A stretch of 64,000 bases of DNA from Anaerohalosphaeraceae bacterium (GTDB lineage: Bacteria > Planctomycetota > Phycisphaerae > Sedimentisphaerales > Anaerohalosphaeraceae), in the NCBI GenBank assembly GCA_963675525.2, contig CAXXSL010000013.1, positions 1-64,000 of the forward strand, written 5' to 3'. The position numbers were made by a program, and so were the translations under genes. Below are positions 10,226-18,974 of this stretch, in pieces; position 1 is the first letter of the stretch; every line of letters begins with the position of its first letter. Below the pieces are notes generated by a model. That model had not been told where the DNA came from, made no database searches, and was given only the letters and a program-made list of their open reading frames with translations.

Positions 10226-10240
10226 TTACCTGATCTCCGG

Positions 10241-11431
10241 TTACATCTCTTTTCGTATCTTCTCTGTTTTTTCCCGGCTCAGTTGAAACAGTCTATCGAA
10301 ATCATAAATCACTTTTTTGGAATGCGAATCCACAACACCCACACGCTCTGTACAACTGTAGCAAGGATCCACCGCGGCAAGCGTAATCAGAACATCCGAT
10401 ATTTTCTCGCCGATACAACTGGCTTTAAAGGACGGAACATTCACATAACTCGGCGCTCGAGCCTTATGCCGGGCAGGAGTATTTCCACCTTCGCTTCGGA
10501 CGTAATGAAATGTTTCACCACGAGGGGCTTCTGCATGTCCGATAGCTTCTCCGGGGGGGATTTCCTTTACCTCCACAGCAATTGGACCTTTGGGCAATTT
10601 CGCGATGGCATGACGAACTATTTTGATCGATTCAAAGGTTTCAAGCAACCGAACGACGGCTTTAGCGAAAACATCGCCTTCTTCCTGCACACATACATTC
10701 CAATCAACCAAATCGTATGCCGCATAAGGATCATCGCGTCTGACATCAATCGGTATCCCGCTGGCTCTGGCAGTCGGTCCGGTTACGGCATAGTTTACCG
10801 CATCTTCCTTTTTTAACACACCGACACCTTTAAGCCGAGCATGTAAGATGGGATCATCCAGAACGGCCTTTGTGAGCATGTCCATTTTCTTTTCGATCTG
10901 GTCCAGAATTGGATTGATTTCTGCTTCGATCCCTTCGGGCAAATCCTCACGACAACCACCAATTTTAACATTGCCGTAATTATTTCGATTTCCCGTTATT
11001 TTCTCCAGCATATCCAATACCGGTTCGCGATACTTCCAGGCCCACATAAAAACGGTTTCATAGCCGATAAAATGCCCCGCTAAACCAACCCATAGAATAT
11101 GACTGTGAATACGTTCCAGTTCATTAATAATCGTTCGTACATACAGGGCTCGTTCCGGCGGTGTGATCCCTGCAATTTCTTCAACGGCCTGAACATAAGC
11201 CAAAGGATGAGAAGCCGAACATATCCCGCAAATACGAGAAACCAAAAACGGCACCTGATCAAATTGAAGCGATTCACTGATTTTTTCGATTCCTCGATGA
11301 TTATAAGAGAGCCTGACATCAATATCGACAACCGTTTCACCATCTATGTACAATTGAAAAAACTCCATTTCCTCCTGGAGCGGATGAACGGGGCCGGAAG
11401 CAATAATGGGCAATTTATATTTCTTTTTCAT
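10241..11431 (-). CDS. Group 4 [NiFe]-hydrogenase large subunit (MbhL/HycE-like)
   Basis: All four metal ligands present: RICGIC (L1) and DPCYSCTER (L2), followed by a cleavable C-terminal extension. GPVHP, HRGIEK, ELERIHSH and EAPRGE motifs. Confidence 0.95.
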   Translation of the reverse strand: MKKKYKLPIIASGPVHPLQEEMEFFQLYIDGETVVDIDVRLSYNHRGIEKISESLQFDQVPFLVSRICGICSASHPLAYVQAVEEIAGITPPERALYVRTIINELERIHSHILWVGLAGHFIGYETVFMWAWKYREPVLDMLEKITGNRNNYGNVKIGGCREDLPEGIEAEINPILDQIEKKMDMLTKAVLDDPILHARLKGVGVLKKEDAVNYAVTGPTARASGIPIDVRRDDPYAAYDLVDWNVCVQEEGDVFAKAVVRLLETFESIKIVRHAIAKLPKGPIAVEVKEIPPGEAIGHAEAPRGETFHYVRSEGGNTPARHKARAPSYVNVPSFKASCIGEKISDVLITLAAVDPCYSCTERVGVVDSHSKKVIYDFDRLFQLSREKTEKIRKEM

Positions 11432-11867
11432 GGTTCCAGTCTTTCCTCAAGGGATATTCGCCTTCCGGCCAATCATCAGCAAGAATTAATCGTTCCATGC
11501 AAGGATGATTGTTAAACTCAATGCCTTCCAGATCATGCATTTCACGCTCGATCCATTCAGCGGCCGGAATCAGGGGTGTAATGGATTCCACCTGGGGATT
11601 TTCATGATCTCGAATGAAACACTTGAGATTAATAACACAACCGGTCTGGTCGTAACTGTAATGATAGAGTATTTCAAAATATTGTTCACAATCAATCGCG
11701 GTAGCAATCACGAATCGAGCTTTAAGCTCTTGAAATAAAAATTTATTTATCTCGAAACAATTCTCCGATTCACAGGACAGATAAATTCTGTTATTCAACA
11801 ACTGCTCAAACTGAGTCAAGCTCGATTTGATCGTATTCAACTTTTCAACGAGTTCATCCGGACTCAT
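11415..11867 (-). CDS. Hydrogenase subunit (MbhK/NuoC-like)
   Basis: AEWIEREMHDLEGIEF..HP...L..DW....YPLRK. Confidence 0.92.
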   Translation of the reverse strand: MSPDELVEKLNTIKSSLTQFEQLLNNRIYLSCESENCFEINKFLFQELKARFVIATAIDCEQYFEILYHYSYDQTGCVINLKCFIRDHENPQVESITPLIPAAEWIEREMHDLEGIEFNNHPCMERLILADDWPEGEYPLRKDWNHEKEI

Positions 11868-11879
11868 GCTTTTGTACCT

Positions 11880-12311
11880 CTAAAGTGCATTTAACGTTTT
11901 TACAATCCCGGAAATCATGGCCTCCGGTTTCGGCGGGCAACCCGGAACATAAGCGATAATGGCATTAGGATCGATCTCTTTGATGATTTTGTCAACCGGG
12001 CCCACCACATGATACCCCGTATGAAAGATACCCGTACCACAAGCACAGGCGCCGATGGAAAAAACGACGCAGGGCTTTGTGGCCTGCTGATAAGCCTGTA
12101 TCAGCCGGGGTGCCGCCTGAGCGGTTACAACGCCGGTGACCAGGAGTGCATCGGCGTGCCGCGGAGAGCCCACCAGCGTTACACCAAACCGCTCCACGTC
12201 AAACTTCGGGGTCAGGCAATTCACAACCTCGATATCACAGTTGTTACACGCCCCTGTATTGACGTGAAAAACCCAAGGTGATTTTTTAAGCGACCAAATC
12301 TTCCAGTTCAT
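11880..12311 (-). CDS. Group 4 hydrogenase small subunit (MbhJ/NuoB-like)
   Basis: GACNNCDIE, SPRHAD, GACAC and VPGCPPKP. Confidence 0.94.
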   Translation of the reverse strand: MNWKIWSLKKSPWVFHVNTGACNNCDIEVVNCLTPKFDVERFGVTLVGSPRHADALLVTGVVTAQAAPRLIQAYQQATKPCVVFSIGACACGTGIFHTGYHVVGPVDKIIKEIDPNAIIAYVPGCPPKPEAMISGIVKTLNAL

Positions 12312-12320
12312 CGTTCCACC

Positions 12321-13307
12321 TTATAACCACCATTTACCATAATAGTTGCCTAACATCGCAAGAACAATTGCGACAGCCATTACCGGGCTACAGTAAAACC
12401 AGAAAAACTTAACGGCCTGATCGATACGCATCCGGGGATTCGTATTTTTAATTAGAATCAACAAAACTAAAACAACGACATACTTTACAATTCCTTTAAG
12501 AATCGGAACAAAGCCGGCACCAATCCCGCCCATAAACAACACAACCAAAAACAGCGGTAATGCCACAAGCATAACTGCCTGCATCATTTTCCAAAGAGCC
12601 AGTAAGGCCCCTGAGTACTCAATCAATACACCTCCGGCGATTTCCGTTTCCGCTTCGGGAATGTCAAATGGGGTAAATCCCAGTTTCGCCTGAACACACA
12701 ATAGAGCTGCAAGAAATGCCAAGAGTCCGGAAATACTCATAATCGGCGAATATTGGGCAATTAACGATAAACTGAGTAATTGAGCTTCATTCTGGGAATC
12801 GGAAATCCCATGAAAAGTCGCCGTCTTAATCAGTACAACGATAAAGGCCATCACCAACACCAATTCATAAGACATCACCAGTTTCATTTCCCTGGCGGTT
12901 CCAATCGCCGCATGAGGGCTGCCGCTGGCCGAACTGCCTAATATCAGCGCCAAAGAGGGAATCACCATCAGGTAGATCGCAACAATCACATCTCCCAAAA
13001 ACATCCCGTTTTCGCTTGCCGGAATAAAATCCACCGCCCAAAGCAGGACTGCCAGCAACAGAACGGAAGCGAAACCAATAACAGGTGCCCAAATAAATAC
13101 GGCCTTGTTAGCTGCTTCAGGAATCAGCGTTTCTTTACCCAAAAGTTTTAAAACGTCATAGAGAGGTTGTAATACCGGCGGGCCGATTCGATGATGGATC
13201 AGAGCCGTCACTTTCCTGACAATCCAGCATGCGTAGAGTCCTATGACAACGGTAAATAAAAATCCGGGAAAAACGAACAACAAAAATAAATGCCTGATAA
13301 CTTCCAT
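12321..13307 (-). CDS. Membrane anchor subunit (MbhM/NuoH/HycD-like)
   Basis: RIGPP..QP.YD..KL..KE, PFDIPEAETEI..G...EYSG and NPRMRIDQ. Confidence 0.93.
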   Translation of the reverse strand: MEVIRHLFLLFVFPGFLFTVVIGLYACWIVRKVTALIHHRIGPPVLQPLYDVLKLLGKETLIPEAANKAVFIWAPVIGFASVLLLAVLLWAVDFIPASENGMFLGDVIVAIYLMVIPSLALILGSSASGSPHAAIGTAREMKLVMSYELVLVMAFIVVLIKTATFHGISDSQNEAQLLSLSLIAQYSPIMSISGLLAFLAALLCVQAKLGFTPFDIPEAETEIAGGVLIEYSGALLALWKMMQAVMLVALPLFLVVLFMGGIGAGFVPILKGIVKYVVVLVLLILIKNTNPRMRIDQAVKFFWFYCSPVMAVAIVLAMLGNYYGKWWL

Positions 13308-13311
13308 GGTC

Positions 13312-13845
13312 TTAAGTTCCCTGATTATTTTTCAGAAACGGCTCCCAGAGAGTGCCTTTGGGCACTTTAACGACAATATTTTCAAACGGCTCAATATAGT
13401 CGGAATCTTTCGGTGCGACAGCATAATCAATACTTCCATCCTCACAAGTCTGAACACATAAGGGTTTTTCTTCCTTTTTCAGCCGGTTTTTACATACATC
13501 ACAAAGATTTGTTACAAAGGGAATTAAATCAGTGTAAATGGTTCCAAATGGACAGGCTATAGCACATGTCCCACAGCCAGTACACAGCATCTCAGCTCGT
13601 TTGAGAACACCTCCATCATCATTTTGGGTCGGCACTTTCTCCAGTGCTTCCTGTGGACATACCTTGACACAGGGCGCACTATGGCATTTACGACAAATCA
13701 GTGCAAAATGAACTTTCTCCAAAAGCATTTTCACACCGTTATTTCCGGGATGATGCCTGTAGGAACACCGCACGCTGGACAAATCCTGCTGTTTACATTT
13801 CGAAAGGTCAATGATTAATTTTTTAGCCATATCGACTTCCGCCAT
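13312..13845 (-). CDS. 4Fe-4S dicluster electron-transfer protein (HycB/CooF/DmsB-like)
   Basis: CRKCHSAPCVKVCP, CTGCGTCAIACP and CDVC...PLCVQTC; first cluster degenerate. Confidence 0.85.
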   Translation of the reverse strand: MAEVDMAKKLIIDLSKCKQQDLSSVRCSYRHHPGNNGVKMLLEKVHFALICRKCHSAPCVKVCPQEALEKVPTQNDDGGVLKRAEMLCTGCGTCAIACPFGTIYTDLIPFVTNLCDVCKNRLKKEEKPLCVQTCEDGSIDYAVAPKDSDYIEPFENIVVKVPKGTLWEPFLKNNQGT

Positions 13846-13857
13846 AAGTTTATTTCA

Positions 13858-14679
13858 TCAATCCCAGGTATCAGGATATTCCTTTATTTGATCGAGCGTA
13901 AAAACCGGCCCATCCTTGCAGACATAGTATTTTCCAAGCATACAATGACCGCATTTCCCGATACCGCAACTCATGTTTTTTTCCATTGACAAATAAACAT
14001 CCTTTGGCTTGAAACCCTGTTTAATAAGATCAAAGGTCGCAAACTTCATCATTATCGGAGGGCCGCATACAACCGCGACAGCATTTTGAATGTCCACATC
14101 GTCAGATTTAAGAATCGTTGTGACAACCCCGACATTTCCATCCCACTGGCCATTGCCCTTGTCAACGGTTAATTTGATTTCCAGTCCGTCGATCTTCTGC
14201 CATTGGCCAAAAAGTGTCTCTTTGTAAATAAAGTCTTCCGGCGTCTTCGCGCCAAACCGACAGACAACTCTCTTGAAATCTTTGATTCGATCAATTAAAG
14301 TTAAAAGCAACGATCGGATCGGGGCAAGACCAACACCTCCGCCAACAATATAGACTTCCTTTCCTGCAAAAAGATCAACAGGGTACCCATTACCATAAGG
14401 TCCCCGAATGCCTACCATCTGCCCTTTTTTGCTGCTATGAAGCATACTTGTAACCCGCCCGGCTTTCATAATGGTGATTTCCATCTGCTCTGATTGATTC
14501 GGCGAGGATGAGGGTGTAAACGGTGCTTCTCCTTCACCCGGCAGCGTCAGTTCGACAAATTGTCCTGTTTTAAATGGAATCGCTTCGTCCGGCTTAACGA
14601 CAAAACTTTTTATCGTTGGCGATTCATCGATAACATCAACAATTTGAGCATTAATCGGTTGGTATGGATTTTTTACCAT
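13858..14679 (-). CDS. FAD/NAD(P)-binding oxidoreductase with [2Fe-2S] (HydG/AsrB/FlxA-like)
   Basis: GQFV, GPYGNG, VGGGVGLAP, CGPPIMM and MSCGIGKCGHC...VCKDGPVF. Confidence 0.92.
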   Translation of the reverse strand: MVKNPYQPINAQIVDVIDESPTIKSFVVKPDEAIPFKTGQFVELTLPGEGEAPFTPSSSPNQSEQMEITIMKAGRVTSMLHSSKKGQMVGIRGPYGNGYPVDLFAGKEVYIVGGGVGLAPIRSLLLTLIDRIKDFKRVVCRFGAKTPEDFIYKETLFGQWQKIDGLEIKLTVDKGNGQWDGNVGVVTTILKSDDVDIQNAVAVVCGPPIMMKFATFDLIKQGFKPKDVYLSMEKNMSCGIGKCGHCMLGKYYVCKDGPVFTLDQIKEYPDTWD

Positions 14680-15724
14680 TTTTCAATTTCTGATTGTTTT
14701 TGATCTTGGATTCATCATATAGCTTTTTTAATACATCACGAATATTCGTCTCGCCCGCACAGGCATCAATGCAGCGCCCGCAGCCGACACACATTTGAAC
14801 CCCATAGCGATCCAGGAAAAATACAAACTTATGCATCAGCCGATGCAGCGTGCGATTCGTGAGCAATTTGCGGGGATTTTCACCGCCAGCCACAGTCGCA
14901 TAATCAAGCCGGACACAGCTATCCCAGATTTTCATTTTTTGATAGTAATCATCCTGCTTTTCATCATACAGATAAAAACAATGACATGTGGGGCATATCC
15001 TTGTGCAGGCCTGACATTCAACACACCCCTTGGCTTCATTATCAAATAACTCTGACTCGCATCCGCCATTCATGATTTGGTTAATAGGCACATCAAACTG
15101 ATAATCCGCAAGGATTTCTTCACTTTGCATCCGGGCCCGTACTCTGTTATCGTCTCTTTCCAAAATCGCCGCATGAGGAACATCTGCAAAGAGCGATTCA
15201 TTCTCTCTCAGGAGCGTCAATCCCTTGTCAGAACCGGCTTGGATAATGTATCCGTCTTTAATTTTCGATATATTCAAATCATAACCCTGCTGTGGGAACA
15301 CCTCGCCATCTACCATCAGACAAAAACAGCTTTCAGACGGATTATAACAATCGGACGAAATGATCAGCATGTTTTTCCTTCGCTCAAGGTAGGATGGGTC
15401 GCAAAATTCTTCTTCTGCAAATACCTTATCCAATATCTGGATGGCTCGTAAATCACAGTCTTTCAACCCATAAACAGCGAACGGTTTTATAACAGGACCT
15501 TCTGCCGGTTCAGGAAATACAGCGGCAATCTCTCTTAGCGGAAAAAGAAATTGCTTGGCCGGCTGACAGACACGCAATTCGTTAAAGTCAATTTTCTGAT
15601 TTTGATTGGCTTCATAGTGAACAAAAGAAAAATAACCCTCCTCATGATGGGGAACATACAATTCCCTTTGTTCGGCAATCACATCGAACAGCGGCTTGAG
15701 ACTGCTTAAAAAAACCGTTTCCAC
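14651..15724 (-). CDS. 4Fe-4S protein (HydB/AsrA/FlxB-like)
   Basis: K.FLFP..E, CDL.AI..LD, CFC, CVECQACTRICPTCHC, WDSC and CVGCGRCIDAC. Confidence 0.9.
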   Translation of the reverse strand: METVFLSSLKPLFDVIAEQRELYVPHHEEGYFSFVHYEANQNQKIDFNELRVCQPAKQFLFPLREIAAVFPEPAEGPVIKPFAVYGLKDCDLRAIQILDKVFAEEEFCDPSYLERRKNMLIISSDCYNPSESCFCLMVDGEVFPQQGYDLNISKIKDGYIIQAGSDKGLTLLRENESLFADVPHAAILERDDNRVRARMQSEEILADYQFDVPINQIMNGGCESELFDNEAKGCVECQACTRICPTCHCFYLYDEKQDDYYQKMKIWDSCVRLDYATVAGGENPRKLLTNRTLHRLMHKFVFFLDRYGVQMCVGCGRCIDACAGETNIRDVLKKLYDESKIKNNQKLKNGKKSIPTD

Positions 15725-15745
15725 CTTTGTACACCTCGGAGACTT

Positions 15746-16372
15746 TTAGGCACCGACCGGAAGATAATAAGGCAGACAAGCAAGACTTACCCCGATATCA
15801 ATGTTGATGACTTTTACTTTAGCAGGAACAGAAAGGTAAGAAGATGTAAAATTCAGAATTCCGCCGACACCTGCATCGACTAATTTATCTGTTACGCCCT
15901 GCGATTCCGCAACGGGAATCGCTAGAATGGCAATTGAAATACCTCTTGCATGGAGGCTTGAAATTTTCGAAATGTCTTCTATTTTGACGTTCTGAACAAC
16001 ACGTCCTATTTTGCGAGGATCTTTCTCAAAAACCGCGTTGATTTCTATGCAGAAATTTTTAAACCCGGTATATTTCAACAAAGCAGCACCTAAATTACCA
16101 TATCCGACCAACGCAGCAAAATGCACATTGTTAAGTCGTAAAATGGTTCGGATATGTTTTGTCAGTTTTTGGATATCATATCCCACTCCGGGCGTCCCAA
16201 TATCGCCAAAATACGATAAATCCTTCCGGACTTGTGGGGATTTAACATGCAATACATCCGCTAATTGCTGACTGCTGATACTATGGGTACTATTGTTAGT
16301 GAATGAGCCCAACCCCCGCAAATAGACCGGCAACCGCCGAATTGTTTCATCTGGAACCTTATGGTATCTCAT
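15746..16372 (-). CDS. rex: Redox-sensing transcriptional repressor Rex
   Basis: TIRRLPVY, ISSQQLA, QVRKDLSYFG..G..GVGY, GYGNLG and ILNF. Confidence 0.95.
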   Translation of the reverse strand: MRYHKVPDETIRRLPVYLRGLGSFTNNSTHSISSQQLADVLHVKSPQVRKDLSYFGDIGTPGVGYDIQKLTKHIRTILRLNNVHFAALVGYGNLGAALLKYTGFKNFCIEINAVFEKDPRKIGRVVQNVKIEDISKISSLHARGISIAILAIPVAESQGVTDKLVDAGVGGILNFTSSYLSVPAKVKVINIDIGVSLACLPYYLPVGA

Positions 16373-16384
16373 ACACCACCTAAT

Positions 16385-16539
16385 TCGTGATTGAGTTCTC
16401 GTTCACAGATCTAACCATCACTATCAAAGAAATGTATGGCTTAAATGTCAAGACATTTTTCAGGATTATTTGAAAATTCTTCTAATTGTTATCGCGTTAT
16501 GGAATAAGTACTTAAAGGTATTTTGTGCAATCAGCACAA
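16385..16539. promoter_or_regulatory. rex/hydrogenase operon promoter region with candidate Rex operators
   Basis: TTGAG-N8-CACAG (16391-16408) overlapping TCGTG-N8-CTCGT (16385-16402), against consensus TTGTG-N8-CACAA. TTGTG-N7-CACAA at 16523-16539. Minus-strand TTGACA at 16446-16451 lies inside the palindrome AAATGTC-AA-GACATTT. Confidence 0.5.
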
Positions 16540-16543
16540 TTAT

Positions 16544-17881
16544 TTATGCATCTTTGTATTTCGGAAGTGTAAAGCTGAAGGTACTGCCGGCCCCTTCGTG
16601 TGATGACACCCAAATGGTTCCTCCGTGGCGTTGGACCACCTCCTTCGAGATGGACAGTCCCAGTCCTGTACCATCCTTTTCCACTTTGCGAGCATTTCTG
16701 GCCCTGTAAAACTCGTCAAATATGTTATCCTTTTCGTCATCGGGAATCCCGATGCCTGTATCGGTTATTTGGATGATGAAAAAGGTGTTATCTTCTGTTA
16801 CGGATAAACTTGCAGTACCGTTTTCAGGGGTATATTTTATGGCATTGAGCAAGAGATTACGAAGGGTTTCTTCAATCAAAAGAGGACTTCCGAAAACGGT
16901 ATCCTTTTTCACATAAATCTCATATGAAACGGAAATCGCTTTGCATTCCGCCTTTTGTTCAACCGCGGAAAATGCATTATATATACATTGTTTTAATGAA
17001 AAACATTCTTTTTCAATCTTCCCGGTCAGCCGCATCTGGGTCAGTTTAAGCAGTGTTGACAGAAAAGCAATGGATTTGAAGGCCCTGTGATCGGCTCTTT
17101 CTACCAGTTCAGATTGCTTTTTATTGAGAGGGCCGGCCATGTGAGTTGATAGTATATCAAGACAGCTTTTTATGGCCGCCATGTGACTTTTAATATCATG
17201 CGAAACAGTCAAGAGGTATTCATTTTTGATCCGATCCTTTTTGCTCAATTCCAAATTAAGTAATTTATACCCGATTTGTTGTTTGCGTAACTGAAAAACG
17301 ATAGATGTTGTTATATACACAACCAGATAGAGTGTTGTCGAGAAAACAATAAACATTCCAAGAACGTAATATGTGTTTTGAAATAAATTGATGTCCAAAA
17401 AACCGACGATCGGACGATGACTGATGATTTCGAAATGTTCCAACGTCAATAACAAGCCGAAAAGAAATACGGCCAATGTAGCCTGTAAATAACTCATAAG
17501 TCTGGACAGAAGCATACTGGATATAATGACATGAAAAATATAATAGAAAAAGAATGGATTTTCAACACCCCCGGAATAGTAAATCACTACGGTAAGGATC
17601 AAAAGGTCTGTCGTGATTTGCAAAATGACAATCCTGTTAATCGCTCGGTTTAATGTCCTGTCATGGAATCGGACAAGGTGCCTTAAGGCCAGATATAACA
17701 GAGAGTTATAAAGAAGAAGAAGAACTCCAATAACATAAAGCGGAATTTCCTGGGGCGTGCTGTTAAAATACTGAGTTATCACATAGGTGATGCCGATCAA
17801 TAAGCAAGCTGTTATCCATCTTAACTTAACAAGCCAAAATGCACGTTTCACAAACTGTTCGTTGTCAAGGACCGTCTCCAT
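16544..17881 (-). CDS. Membrane-bound sensor histidine kinase
   Basis: About six TM segments, H-box SHDIKS, N-box NLLLNAIKY, G1 DTGIGI, F-box IFDEFYR and G2 GTGLGL. Confidence 0.92.
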   Translation of the reverse strand: METVLDNEQFVKRAFWLVKLRWITACLLIGITYVITQYFNSTPQEIPLYVIGVLLLLYNSLLYLALRHLVRFHDRTLNRAINRIVILQITTDLLILTVVIYYSGGVENPFFFYYIFHVIISSMLLSRLMSYLQATLAVFLFGLLLTLEHFEIISHRPIVGFLDINLFQNTYYVLGMFIVFSTTLYLVVYITTSIVFQLRKQQIGYKLLNLELSKKDRIKNEYLLTVSHDIKSHMAAIKSCLDILSTHMAGPLNKKQSELVERADHRAFKSIAFLSTLLKLTQMRLTGKIEKECFSLKQCIYNAFSAVEQKAECKAISVSYEIYVKKDTVFGSPLLIEETLRNLLLNAIKYTPENGTASLSVTEDNTFFIIQITDTGIGIPDDEKDNIFDEFYRARNARKVEKDGTGLGLSISKEVVQRHGGTIWVSSHEGAGSTFSFTLPKYKDA

Positions 17882-17899
17882 TGAGCCGAATCTTCGCGT

Positions 17900-18298
17900 C
17901 TAACGTTTATTACCGAGAAGTTTTTCAACTTTTTCCAGTAAAACCGCAGGTTTAACCGGTTTATCCAAAAATTCCTCCACAGGCAACCACTCTTGATCGC
18001 CTGCTTCCGGTTTGAAATCCAGCCCGAACCGTTCTTTGACTGCAGTGAGCATCAAAACAGGGATGTCTTTGTATTCCGGATGATGCTTCAATTCCCGATC
18101 AAAATCAAAACCTTCATGCATCGTATCCATCATGACATCCAGAATGATCAAGTCGGGTTTCTCCTGTTCCATCTTACTTCTGGCAGTGGCGCTGTTTACA
18201 GCCGAATCCACTTGGTAACCGTGGCCTTCTAAGATCATTTGCATCGCATAAGTTATGTCGGAATCATCGTCTACAATTAAAATCCTTTGGGCTGCCAT
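17900..18298 (-). CDS. Single-domain response regulator (receiver only)
   Basis: ILIVDDD, PDLIILDVMM and KP. ATG at 18298 after AGGAG. Confidence 0.9.
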   Translation of the reverse strand: MAAQRILIVDDDSDITYAMQMILEGHGYQVDSAVNSATARSKMEQEKPDLIILDVMMDTMHEGFDFDRELKHHPEYKDIPVLMLTAVKERFGLDFKPEAGDQEWLPVEEFLDKPVKPAVLLEKVEKLLGNKR

Positions 18299-18461
18299 GA
18301 TAACACTCCTTAACTTTCGACCGGTTTTTGAAATGTTGAACACAGTAAACTCTTTTACTATTATAAGCAATTGACTATCCAAATCAATAAAAGTTTTTGA
18401 GCTCTCTCTTTCTTCATTAAACGCAAGCTTTGAATTTGTGCCTTGATTCAGATTTCAAAAA

Positions 18462-18570
18462 GGGGTTCGTAAAATCGCCGGCTGCCACCAACGCCATAAC
18501 CTCCTGTGAAATATAACTTTACAACTTCCTTTGGCCGCTAGTGAAAGCTTGAAAACCATTTACGAATACC
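18462..18570. repeat. Short MITE-like or IS-end-like element
   Basis: GGGGTTCGTAAA versus reverse-complemented right end GGTATTCGTAAA (10/12). Internal TAA-N19-TTA motif at 18497-18521. Confidence 0.4.
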
Positions 18571-18974
18571 GTACACCATTCAAACATGGTGTCCTTTGCA
18601 TAAAAATATCATTCTAAACCAGGCATTTTCTGCTTTTTCCAACAACCTCATCCGGTTGTTTGGAAACATCCTGCACGTATCGTGTTGCTATGAGCAAATT
18701 TTCATGACCAAGAAGCCGCTGGACTGCGAAGAACTGTATTTTCAGCTCAAGTAAGAAAACAAAGAAGAGTATGGCTTCGCGACCTGTATAGGGTGCCCAT
18801 GTAGGGATGGCCGAACGCTGCCGCTATTTTTTTCTTTTATTATTTTAATTTTTTCAGTAATCGGGCTACTTCAAACGAGCGAATCAACAAGGGAAAGATG
18901 TAACAGTATTTCTTATGATTTTTTCTACGAAAATGGTATATTAAAACCCATTGCCAGTTGGAAAAACAGCCGTT

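Noticed and set aside
10241..11431. Possibility that the complex is a non-hydrogenase Mbx/Mbs/Ehr or complex I
   Set aside because: Both CxxC Ni-binding motifs, a cleavable C-terminal extension and a HycI protease are present.
13858..15724. Anaerobic sulfite reductase AsrAB, Flx-Hdr, or soluble sulfhydrogenase
   Set aside because: No AsrC, HdrABC or group 3b HydA/HydD genes are adjacent; the genes run directly into the group 4 hydrogenase operon.
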